37,081 nucleotides of DNA from assembly GCA_964455755.1 (NCBI GenBank), contig CAYWAK010000003.1, positions 1 to 37,081 of the forward strand, read 5' to 3'. Below, piece by piece: positions 24,240 to 32,656 of the stretch. The DNA comes from an uncultured Ardenticatenales bacterium. Lineage in GTDB: Bacteria > Chloroflexota > Anaerolineae > Ardenticatenales > JAADHH01. The position numbers and the translations under genes are program-made. Each line of letters opens with the position of its first letter. Position 1 is the first letter of the stretch. The notes under the pieces were generated by a model. It worked only from the letters and a program-made list of their open reading frames with translations. It was not told where the DNA came from and made no database searches.

Positions 24240-25640
24240 TCAGGGAGTATGGGCAGGCGCTGCGTAGAGGAACTCTTTGATAGAGAGAATATCTTGCCGG
24301 AGCGTTTCATCAGCCTCCATTTGTTTATGAATTTTATCATAGCCATACAAGATTGTCGAATGATCGCGCCCGCCGATGACCGCACCGATTTTCGGTAGGG
24401 ACGTGTCGGTGAGTTCACGGCACAGATACATCGCCACTTGTCTGGGAAAAACGATGCGACTACTTCTTCGCTTTCCCAAGATTTCGGCTAACGGGATTTC
24501 ATAGTACTGGGCAACAGCGCGTGTGATATCCTCCAGTCGAATTGAACGACGCTTTTGCAGGATATCATGCAAGGCCATTTCGGCTGTTTCCACGCTGAGG
24601 GGCAGACGCAGAAACCGGCTGTGCGCAATCACCTTTGTAAGCGCACCCTCCAGCTCCCGAATGTTGCTTTCAATTTTTCTGGCAATGAAAGATAAAACTT
24701 CATTGGGGACCTGTACTGGTTGATGGTCAGCTTTGAATCGAAGAATGGCAATACGGGTTTCAAACTCTGGTGGAGGTAAGTCTACCACCAGTCCTCCCTC
24801 AAAGCGGGAGCGCAATCTTTCTTCGAGGGTACCCATTGCGCGTGGCGCTCTGTCACTTGAAATGATAATCTGCCGGTCTGCCCCGTGTAGGGTATTGAAG
24901 GTGTGAAAGAACTCTTCCTGGGTGCTCTCTTTTCCGGCGATGAATTGGATATCGTCAATCAGAAGCACGTCAAGGCTGCGATAGCGGTTACGAAAATCAT
25001 CGGTATTTTGATGGCGAATAGCTTTGATTAGTTCGTTGGTAAAGACTTCTGAAGATGTGTAGCCGGCGCGCAACCCCCTGGTGCCAACCGAATGGGCCAC
25101 TGCCTGGAGCAGATGGGTTTTGCCTAATCCCACGCCCCCGTAGATGAACAAGGGGTTGTAGGCTCCGGCGAGATGTTCGGCTACCGAACGGGAGGCAGCG
25201 TGGGCCATGCGGTTGCTATTTCCCACGATGAAGGAATCAAAAGTGTAGCGGGGATTCAGCGGATAGAAAGGCGCCGAGTTTGTATTGAGCAGAGTATTAT
25301 GAGATGTGGCAACCGGTACCGCCCTTTCCACACCAGCATCTGGACTGGGTGTTTCTGAGAACAGCGGTCCAGCTTCCTCTTCAATCGATTCCGTCTCTGT
25401 GTGTACGATAAATCGTAACCCTACGCTTCGTCCCATGATACGGGTAAGCGTGTTTTTTATAAGGCGTTGCAAACGGTTTTCCAGCCACTCAACTGCGTAG
25501 GGATTCGGTGTGCTAATTACGAATACCCCATCCTCGTACGAGGAGAGACGCGTATTCTTCAACCAGGTATTGAAGGTTGAAGGGAGCACTTGCAGTTGTA
25601 TATCTCCCAAGGCGGCTTGCCAGGCTTTATTAGGTTCCAT
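24240..25640 (-). CDS. dnaA: chromosomal replication initiator protein DnaA
   Basis: 466 aa. Walker A GGVGLGKTHLL, Walker B/sensor LLIDDIQFIAGKESTQEEFFHTFN, and a C-terminal DNA-binding domain (...VFPRQVAMYLCRELT...IGGRDHSTILYG). Confidence 0.95.
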   Translation of the reverse strand: MEPNKAWQAALGDIQLQVLPSTFNTWLKNTRLSSYEDGVFVISTPNPYAVEWLENRLQRLIKNTLTRIMGRSVGLRFIVHTETESIEEEAGPLFSETPSPDAGVERAVPVATSHNTLLNTNSAPFYPLNPRYTFDSFIVGNSNRMAHAASRSVAEHLAGAYNPLFIYGGVGLGKTHLLQAVAHSVGTRGLRAGYTSSEVFTNELIKAIRHQNTDDFRNRYRSLDVLLIDDIQFIAGKESTQEEFFHTFNTLHGADRQIIISSDRAPRAMGTLEERLRSRFEGGLVVDLPPPEFETRIAILRFKADHQPVQVPNEVLSFIARKIESNIRELEGALTKVIAHSRFLRLPLSVETAEMALHDILQKRRSIRLEDITRAVAQYYEIPLAEILGKRRSSRIVFPRQVAMYLCRELTDTSLPKIGAVIGGRDHSTILYGYDKIHKQMEADETLRQDILSIKEFLYAAPAHTP

Positions 25641-26213
25641 GGGGCCTTTGGTTTTCCTAAGAAAAATGATTACTGGAACGATTGCATCTTGCCAAGGCTA
25701 CGTTCTGCCGCACACAGCGGAACTCGTCCGCTACGGTGGTACTCTGGCCGGCGGAGTCTAACCTCGTTGTGAAAAGGGAGCGAACTCATTTGCTGAGTTC
25801 TTACGCTACCATTGTCAAGGTTTTCTAAGGGCAACAAATCAAGAACGTTTGAAGGGTTCTTTATCAGGTTGTTCAGAAGAAAGCTCGTTTTTGAATGACT
25901 AGTTGTATTTTACCAGAAGATTGCGAATCACGCAAGAGGTATTTCTTATGAATTCCGCATATTGACACTATTTTTAAGGATTGGGGGGGAATATAATGGA
26001 GCTGTGCCTCCCTAAGTAGTATAGAGGAGCACATCTCTTACTACAGGTTGTGTTGAAATACCAGAAAAAGGAGGTTTTTGGAATCAACAAAATGATAGAA
26101 ACAATTCTGCGTAATGCTTTGAACCAAAGTAGCGAAGGAGTTTGTCCCTCTCAGGGGGTGCAGGAATTCCTTGTCCTTACTTTTGCGTTATACCCTGTCC
26201 CCAATGGGGGGTA

Positions 26214-26242
26214 TTGACAAAACATTCTTTCTCGACTATAAT
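26214..26242 (+). promoter_or_regulatory. sigma70-type promoter, TTGACA-17 nt-TATAAT
   Basis: Perfect -35 TTGACA at 26214-26219 and perfect -10 TATAAT at 26237-26242 with a 17-nt spacer, about 145 nt upstream of the ABC-transporter SBP gene. Confidence 0.6.
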
Positions 26243-26387
26243 GAACTGTCATGGAGAAGTGGGATTAGGAGAGGGGGCTGAGGAAACGCGGCGTGCCTTT
26301 GGGCATCCCCTATGCACAGCGATTGTTTCGCAATTCATAGGGGCACTGGTGTGCTCACTTAATCATTAGATAAAGGAGGAGAGGGCA

Positions 26388-27683
26388 ATGAAGGAAAGAA
26401 GTTTCTTACCCCGGTTTGCTTTGTTTGTTGTTCTGGTTCTTGCTCTAACCATGGTCATAGCAGCCTGCGCTCCCGCACCGACAGCAGCCCCAAAAGCACC
26501 GGAAGCTGCCGCAAAGGGAACAATTAAAGTCTACACGAGTTGGCCGCTACAGGGCGCCATGCTGCCTGAAGGGCAAAGCATGAAACGTGCAGCCGACCTG
26601 GCCCTGGAACACTATCTCGCGGCACACGACGGCAAAGGGCCGGCCGGTTACGACGTAAAACTTGTCAACCTCGATGACGCTTCCCCCACGACAGGCAGTT
26701 GGGACGGCACGATTGAAGCAGAGAACGCTCAGAAATGTGTCAACGACCCAGATTGCGGTGTTTACTTTGCGACCTACAACTCCGGCGCTGCAAAAGTCTC
26801 CATCCCCATTACCAACAAAGCCGGCGTGGCCCAGATTACCCCGGCCAACACCTACCCTGGCTTGACCCATTCCTGGGACAAAGGGGAACCGGACATCTAC
26901 CGTCCGTCGGGTGAAGTCAACTATTTCCGTACCAACGCTGCGGATGACGTGCAGGGCTGGTCGGGCGCAGCTTGGGCCCAATGTCTTGGCTTCAAGAAAG
27001 CGTACCTTCTTGACGATCGCCAACTGTATGGTAAAGGTGTCGCCGATGCCTTCGCCCAACAAGCCGAGAAGATTGGACTGGAAATTGTCGGCCGTGACGG
27101 CGTTGAGTCGACGGACATTGATTTCCGGGCTCTGCTGACAAAGATCCGTGCCTCGGATGCCGACCTGGTTTACGGCGGATTCGTCATTGATAGCGGCGGG
27201 CCGCAAGTGATCCAGCAGATGGCTTCGACCGGTATGTTCGATGCCGGCACAAAGTTTATGGGACCGGATGGATTGGTCAATCCCGCCCTCATTGAGCAGG
27301 TGGGCGGCGCGGATGTCGCGAACGGCAACATCTATTTGACCTTCCCTGGATTGGCGCCCAGCCAATTGACCAGCGAAGTCGGCAAGAAATTCTTCGACGA
27401 CTTCAAAGCAAAGTATGGCGAAGAGCCAAGTCCGTGGTCTACGTATGCGTACCAGGCCATGCAGGTCATCCTGGACAGCATCGAGCGAGCACAAAGCAAT
27501 GACCGGGGCAAAATTCTGGTTGCCATGCGAGGCCTTAAAGATTTTGCGGGAATCACCGGAACGTTTGGTTTCAACGCAAACGGTGACCCGACTTTCACTA
27601 CCTTGGGCGGCAATGAGATAAAAGACGGAAAGATCGTTTTCACCGGCGCGATCAGTCCCGACATGTACAATACTTGCAAGTGA
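26388..27683 (+). CDS. ABC transporter substrate-binding lipoprotein, LivJ/LivK (Peripla_BP_6)-like
   Basis: 431 aa. Signal peptide with lipobox (VIAAC). Strong RBS AAGGAGG 7 nt upstream. Followed by LivHMGF-type genes. Confidence 0.85.
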   Translation: MKERSFLPRFALFVVLVLALTMVIAACAPAPTAAPKAPEAAAKGTIKVYTSWPLQGAMLPEGQSMKRAADLALEHYLAAHDGKGPAGYDVKLVNLDDASPTTGSWDGTIEAENAQKCVNDPDCGVYFATYNSGAAKVSIPITNKAGVAQITPANTYPGLTHSWDKGEPDIYRPSGEVNYFRTNAADDVQGWSGAAWAQCLGFKKAYLLDDRQLYGKGVADAFAQQAEKIGLEIVGRDGVESTDIDFRALLTKIRASDADLVYGGFVIDSGGPQVIQQMASTGMFDAGTKFMGPDGLVNPALIEQVGGADVANGNIYLTFPGLAPSQLTSEVGKKFFDDFKAKYGEEPSPWSTYAYQAMQVILDSIERAQSNDRGKILVAMRGLKDFAGITGTFGFNANGDPTFTTLGGNEIKDGKIVFTGAISPDMYNTCK

Positions 27684-27716
27684 GCCTCATTAGAGGCTTC
27701 CTTGGAACGTTGGAAA

Positions 27717-27746
27717 AGAAGAGACGTAGCGTGCTACGTCTCTTCT
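27717..27746 (+). promoter_or_regulatory. intercistronic stem-loop between SBP and permease genes (attenuator or mRNA-stabilising hairpin)
   Basis: Perfect inverted repeat AGAAGAGACGTAGC / GCTACGTCTCTTCT (27717-27730 / 27733-27746). There is no canonical T-tract directly after it. Confidence 0.45.
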
Positions 27747-27910
27747 GCCAACAGCTTTTCGACAACATACAGCACAACAACCAGCTGCACGTTTTCTCTT
27801 TTCCCCTCCAATCCCCCTCCATCGCATGATCCACAGGCGAGGAGGGAAAGAAATACGAGAATAAATTTGAAAAGTTCAAGGACAACGCACCGAAAGCCAG
27901 TAAAATTCCT

Positions 27911-28852
27911 ATGTCTTCTACCGACATAATCTTACAACAACTATTAAATGGTGTAACGATTGGTTCGTACCTGGCGATGATTGCCCTCGGCTATACGATG
28001 GTTTATGGCATTATCGAACTAATCAACTTTGCTCATGGCGATATTTTTACAGCCGGATTTCTTATTTCGCTCACCCTTTTTGAATGGTTTGGCGCAGGGG
28101 GTAAAACGCTCTCCGGATTTCGATTGGTGTGGATGTTTACCCTCGTGCTTATCCTTACGATGCTCTCTTGCGGAATCATTAACGTCGTCGTTGACCGTAT
28201 CGCATATAAACCTTTGAGAAAGGCCCCCCGACTTGCGCCACTGATCACAGCGGTAGCTGCGTCCTTTGCCCTGGAAAACATCTACGCTAACTGGAAAGGC
28301 CCAAGTCAGATCTTTTATCCCGACTTTTTCCCGCGGGTAGATATTCTCAATGACTGGCTTCACTTAAACACCAGCGTCTTATTCACTACCCAAGATGTCC
28401 TCTTGATCGGTATGACCATCCCCATGATGTTCGGCCTACGCCTATTCATTCAGCGCACCAAACTGGGCAAAGCCATGCGCGCCACCGCCCAAAACGCTGC
28501 GGCAGCCTCGATTATGGGCATTGACGTAGAACGAGTGATTATGACCACCTTCTTCATTGGGGGGGCAATGGCCGGTGCTGCGGGCATGGCTTTCGGAAAC
28601 TTTTTGCACACCGGTCGCTACCTGATGGGCTTCGATGCGGGACTTTTCGCCTTCACAGCCGCCGTACTTGGCGGCATTGGAAACATCACCGGCGCAGTCC
28701 TCGGAGGCTTCTTGATAGGCTTTCTCAAAGTCCTCAGCGATCAATGGATTGGCGGTCAGTGGACCCGAGCGTTTATCTTTATGATCCTGATCCTCGTCCT
28801 CGTTTTCCGCCCGGAAGGACTCGTTGGCGAGGGTGAATCAGAAAAGGCGTAA
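27911..28852 (+). CDS. livH: branched-chain amino acid ABC transporter permease (LivH-type)
   Basis: 313 aa, hydrophobic. The N-terminal QQLLNGVTIGSYLAMIALGYTMVYG is typical of LivH. Confidence 0.85.
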   Translation: MSSTDIILQQLLNGVTIGSYLAMIALGYTMVYGIIELINFAHGDIFTAGFLISLTLFEWFGAGGKTLSGFRLVWMFTLVLILTMLSCGIINVVVDRIAYKPLRKAPRLAPLITAVAASFALENIYANWKGPSQIFYPDFFPRVDILNDWLHLNTSVLFTTQDVLLIGMTIPMMFGLRLFIQRTKLGKAMRATAQNAAAASIMGIDVERVIMTTFFIGGAMAGAAGMAFGNFLHTGRYLMGFDAGLFAFTAAVLGGIGNITGAVLGGFLIGFLKVLSDQWIGGQWTRAFIFMILILVLVFRPEGLVGEGESEKA

Positions 28853-28861
28853 CGTATATTC

Positions 28862-30028
28862 ATGACCAACCAAACAGAGCGTCAGTCACCGGAAAACAAC
28901 GCCAGAAGCGAGCTTCAAAAAAGAGTCTTATTTGGGTTGGTGTTGGTCGGGATGTTCATTTTGCCCCAATTCATCCGTGTTTTTGAAAGGGCGACCGACC
29001 TCTCCATATTGATTACCCTGAATGTCGGCTTGCTTTTTGTTGTGTTGGCTCTCGGACTAAACATTGTGGTTGGCTTCGCCGGTCTCCTGGACCTGGGCTA
29101 CGCCGCTTTCTTTGCCATTGGAGCCTACACCATGGGCATCTTCACCTGGCCCAACCTGGGAATTCAATGGAGCTTCTGGGTTGTGATCTGGATCAGTGCA
29201 GTCGTGTCGGCCATCTTCGGCATGATTATTGGCGCTCCCACCCTGCGCCTGAGAGGCGATTACCTGGCCATTGTCACGCTGGCCTTTGGCGAAATCGTCC
29301 CCCGCATTATCCGCGAACTCTGGAAGATCACCATTAAGATACCCTTCACCGACATCTACATCGTAAAAGATTTCAACTTGACCAATGGTCCACAGGGAAT
29401 GAACCCTGTAGGAAGACCGAGTATCTTCGGTTTCGAAATTGGGGGAACGGCCATCGGTCCTGCCTGGTTCCGCATCACGCCCCCCATGCAATGGTATTTC
29501 CTGATTATTATCGTCGGCGCCTTGGTTCTCTTTGCTACATATCGCCTGGAACACTCCCGCCTTGGGCGAGCGTGGATGGCCATCCGCGAAGATGAAACGG
29601 CAGCAGACGCTATGGGAGTGGACCCGGTACGCACAAAACTGCTGGCCTTTGCCCTTGGCGCATCCTTATCCGGCTTCGCCGGGTCCATCTACGGAGCTAT
29701 GATCCAGGCCATCTTTCCAGAACTCTTCAGCTTCCTGGTCTCAATATTCTTGATAATCATCGTGATTGTGAGCGGAATGGGAAACATCTGGGGCGTATTA
29801 ACCGGCGGCCTCTTGATCACTTTCTTCGATCGGGTGCTCCTGGCCCAGGTCGTGCCCCAGTACATACCGGGGGGTGAAGCCCTACAACAATGGCGCTGGG
29901 TGATGTACGCTGCCGGACTCATAGCAGTCATGGTACTCAGACCGGAGGGCCTGTTCCCCTCAGCCGTCCGCCAAGCTGAGTTCCATGCCGAAGAAGAAAT
30001 CATACCAGAAGACAATGATACTACTTAA
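28862..30028 (+). CDS. livM: branched-chain amino acid ABC transporter permease (LivM-type)
   Basis: 388 aa, hydrophobic. LNIVVGFAGLLDLGYAAFFAIGAY is a LivM-type signature. Confidence 0.85.
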   Translation: MTNQTERQSPENNARSELQKRVLFGLVLVGMFILPQFIRVFERATDLSILITLNVGLLFVVLALGLNIVVGFAGLLDLGYAAFFAIGAYTMGIFTWPNLGIQWSFWVVIWISAVVSAIFGMIIGAPTLRLRGDYLAIVTLAFGEIVPRIIRELWKITIKIPFTDIYIVKDFNLTNGPQGMNPVGRPSIFGFEIGGTAIGPAWFRITPPMQWYFLIIIVGALVLFATYRLEHSRLGRAWMAIREDETAADAMGVDPVRTKLLAFALGASLSGFAGSIYGAMIQAIFPELFSFLVSIFLIIIVIVSGMGNIWGVLTGGLLITFFDRVLLAQVVPQYIPGGEALQQWRWVMYAAGLIAVMVLRPEGLFPSAVRQAEFHAEEEIIPEDNDTT

Positions 30029-30797
30029 AGCGGATACTCTGACAAAGCAGTTTGGCGGTCTGACGGCCGTAGACCACATAGATTTTGTAATCGAAGAAGG
30101 GACAATCGTGGGTTTGATTGGCCCGAACGGCGCGGGCAAGACGACCTTCTTCAACATGATCACCGGCCTCTACAAACCGACATCAGGTGACTTGTCCTTT
30201 CGTGGTCAAACCCTGATCGATCTCAGACCTCACCAGGTTGCCTCTCTCGGAATCACCCGCACATTCCAAAACATTCGCCTGTTCAACAACATGACTGCAC
30301 TGGAAAACATCCTGGTCGGCCAAAACTGCCGGCTCAAATCAACATGGATTGATGCGCTCCTACACACGCCCCGCATGAAAAACGAAGAGGATCACGCCTA
30401 CGAAAAAGCGCGTGACCTTCTGGCTTACGTAGGACTGAAAGGGTACGAGAACGCCGTCGCCAAGAACCTCCCCTACGGAAGCCAACGCCGTTTGGAAATC
30501 GCCCGATCCCTTGCTTCGGACCCGGCTCTGTTACTCCTCGACGAGCCTTCCGCCGGCATGAACCCGAACGAGACGCGCGACCTCACGCGCTTCATCCGCA
30601 AACTGCGCGACGAACGCGGACTCACAATCCTGCTGATCGAACACGACATGAAGGTCGTCATGGGCATTTCTGACCGCGTCACCGTCCTGGACTACGGTAA
30701 GAAAATCGCCGAAGGTTTGCCCTCGCAGATTCAACGCAACCCCCGCGTCATCGAGGCCTATCTGGGAACCAGGGCCATCACAACGGGAGTAGACTAA
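30015..30797 (+). CDS. livG: ABC transporter ATP-binding protein (LivG-type)
   Basis: Walker A GPNGAGKTT, signature YGSQRRLEIA, Walker B LLLLDEPSAGM. ATG at 30015 (MILLKADTL) is preferred over the ORF-track start at 29985. Confidence 0.9.
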   Translation: MILLKADTLTKQFGGLTAVDHIDFVIEEGTIVGLIGPNGAGKTTFFNMITGLYKPTSGDLSFRGQTLIDLRPHQVASLGITRTFQNIRLFNNMTALENILVGQNCRLKSTWIDALLHTPRMKNEEDHAYEKARDLLAYVGLKGYENAVAKNLPYGSQRRLEIARSLASDPALLLLDEPSAGMNPNETRDLTRFIRKLRDERGLTILLIEHDMKVVMGISDRVTVLDYGKKIAEGLPSQIQRNPRVIEAYLGTRAITTGVD

Positions 30798-30799
30798 CC

Positions 30800-31513
30800 A
30801 TGGCTATGTTGGAACTGCACGACGTTCACTCCTACTACGGCAGCATCCATGCCCTCCGAGGAATATCGCTCCATGTGAACGAGGGAGAGATCGTGACCAT
30901 GATTGGCTCCAACGGGGCCGGAAAGAGCACCACCATTCGTACAATCTCCGGTCTATTGCATCCCGGCAAAGGAGAGGTGTTGCTTAATGGAGAACGAATT
31001 GACCACATGGCTCCGCACCAAATCGTCGCCCGAGGTGTCTGCCAATCCCCCGAAGGTCGCTGGATATTCCCCCGCCTGACCGTCCTGGAAAACCTGGAAA
31101 TGGGGGCCTTCATCCGCAATGACCATGCCGAAATCAAACAAGACATGGAGCACGTCTTCGAGCTCTTTCCCCGCTTGAGCGAACGACTGCACCAAAAAGG
31201 GGGCACGCTCTCCGGTGGCGAACAGCAAATGCTGGCCATCGGACGCGCCCTGATGGGCCGGCCCCACCTTTTGCTCCTGGACGAACCATCCATGGGCCTG
31301 GCCCCCGTTCTGGTAGAAGCGATCTTTGAAACCATTCAGAGCATCAACAAGCAAGGAACCACCATCTTGCTCGTTGAGCAAAACGCTCTGATGGCCCTGT
31401 ACGTGGCCCACCGCGGATATGTCCTGCAAACCGGTGAAATCGTGCTCGAAGGCCCGGCCAAAGACCTGGAACAGAACGAAACGGTACGCAAGGCCTATTT
31501 GGGCGAGGAATAA
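30800..31513 (+). CDS. livF: ABC transporter ATP-binding protein (LivF-type)
   Basis: Walker A GSNGAGKST, signature LSGGEQQMLAIGRAL, Walker B LLLLDEPSMGL. Confidence 0.9.
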   Translation: MAMLELHDVHSYYGSIHALRGISLHVNEGEIVTMIGSNGAGKSTTIRTISGLLHPGKGEVLLNGERIDHMAPHQIVARGVCQSPEGRWIFPRLTVLENLEMGAFIRNDHAEIKQDMEHVFELFPRLSERLHQKGGTLSGGEQQMLAIGRALMGRPHLLLLDEPSMGLAPVLVEAIFETIQSINKQGTTILLVEQNALMALYVAHRGYVLQTGEIVLEGPAKDLEQNETVRKAYLGEE

Positions 31514-31525
31514 GGTGCCGGGCAA

Positions 31526-32650
31526 ATGGACGCGCGCGTAGCTCCTGCCTGGGCAGAAATAGACCTCGGCGCAATCCGCCACAACGTCCACGCCTTACAA
31601 GATCACGTCGGCCCACATGTGGAAATCATTGCCGTGGTCAAAGCGAACGCCTACGGCCACGGCGCGGTTCCGGTTTCTCGCGCAGCCCTGGCGGCCGGTG
31701 CGCGTTCGCTCGCCGTGGCGCGCGTCTCTGAGGGCGTGGCGCTGCGCCAGGCCGGCATAGACGCCCCGATATTCGTGATGGGGTATGCCTTGCCAGCCGA
31801 AGCTGAGGCTATTGTCACGCACGATCTGGTCCCCACCGTCAACACGCTGGCCTTGGCCGATGCGCTCGAAGGGCATGCGGCACAACGGGCCCGCCGCCTG
31901 CCCGTCTATCTCAAGGTAGATACGGGCATGGGACGGTTCGGCCTGCTGCCCGACGAAGTGCTTCCCTTCGCCCGGCAACTCCTTCAACGGGCACACCTGC
32001 TGTTCAGCGGGCTGTGGACCCACTTCGCCGTCGCCGATGAGGCAGACAAAGGCTACACCCACCGGCAATTCCAACGTTACCGGCAGACGGTCGCCGATCT
32101 GGAGGCCGCCGGCATTGCGGTTTCCCGGAAATTTACAGCGAACAGCGCAGCCATCCTGGACTTGCCAGAAATGCACCTGGATGCAGTTCGCGCCGGCATC
32201 GCCCTCTACGGGCTATATCCCTCGCCGGACGTCTCGCACGATGTGGCCCTGCGCCCCGCGCTCAGCCTGAAAGCGCGACTTGGGCGTGTGCGCAAACTCC
32301 CGCCGGGCTCCGACATCAGCTATGGGTGCACATACACAACCAAGCGCGAGACACCGGTCGGCTTGGTTCCCGTTGGCTATGGTGATGGCTATCCCCGCGC
32401 ACTTTCCAACCGGGGAGAGGTCCTGGTCCACGGGCATCGCGTGCCCATCATCGGACGCATCTGCATGGATCAACTCATGGTAGACCTGACAGCAGTCCCC
32501 CACGCCGCCCAAGACGATGAAGTCGTACTCATCGGCAGCCAGGGCGACGAACGTATCCCGGCAGAGGAAGTAGCCTCCTGGCTGCGAACCATCAACTACG
32601 AGGTTACCACGGCGATCGCCGCGCGCATTCCCCGACACTTCGTGGGCTGA
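31526..32650 (+). CDS. alr: alanine racemase
   Basis: 374 aa. PLP-lysine motif AVVKANAYGHG. The C-terminal ...ICMDQLMVD... and YEVTTAI are typical of Alr. Confidence 0.9.
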   Translation: MDARVAPAWAEIDLGAIRHNVHALQDHVGPHVEIIAVVKANAYGHGAVPVSRAALAAGARSLAVARVSEGVALRQAGIDAPIFVMGYALPAEAEAIVTHDLVPTVNTLALADALEGHAAQRARRLPVYLKVDTGMGRFGLLPDEVLPFARQLLQRAHLLFSGLWTHFAVADEADKGYTHRQFQRYRQTVADLEAAGIAVSRKFTANSAAILDLPEMHLDAVRAGIALYGLYPSPDVSHDVALRPALSLKARLGRVRKLPPGSDISYGCTYTTKRETPVGLVPVGYGDGYPRALSNRGEVLVHGHRVPIIGRICMDQLMVDLTAVPHAAQDDEVVLIGSQGDERIPAEEVASWLRTINYEVTTAIAARIPRHFVG

Positions 32651-32656
32651 AAAGAG

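Noticed and set aside
25962-25997. TTGACA and TATAAT hexamers that look like a promoter
   Set aside because: The spacer is 24 nt, outside the functional 16-19 nt range. The properly spaced pair at 26214-26242 is reported instead.
26092-26211. 39-codon ORF (MIETILRNALNQ...) downstream of an AAGGAGG
   Set aside because: The SD-to-ATG spacing is about 16 nt. It has no conservation signal or motif, and it overlaps the -35 region of the strong promoter.
26249-26387. Possible T-box or riboswitch in the liv leader
   Set aside because: I could not find the T-box consensus (AANNNGGGTGGNACCGCG-like) or any other riboswitch core I recognise. Only a generic hairpin is present.
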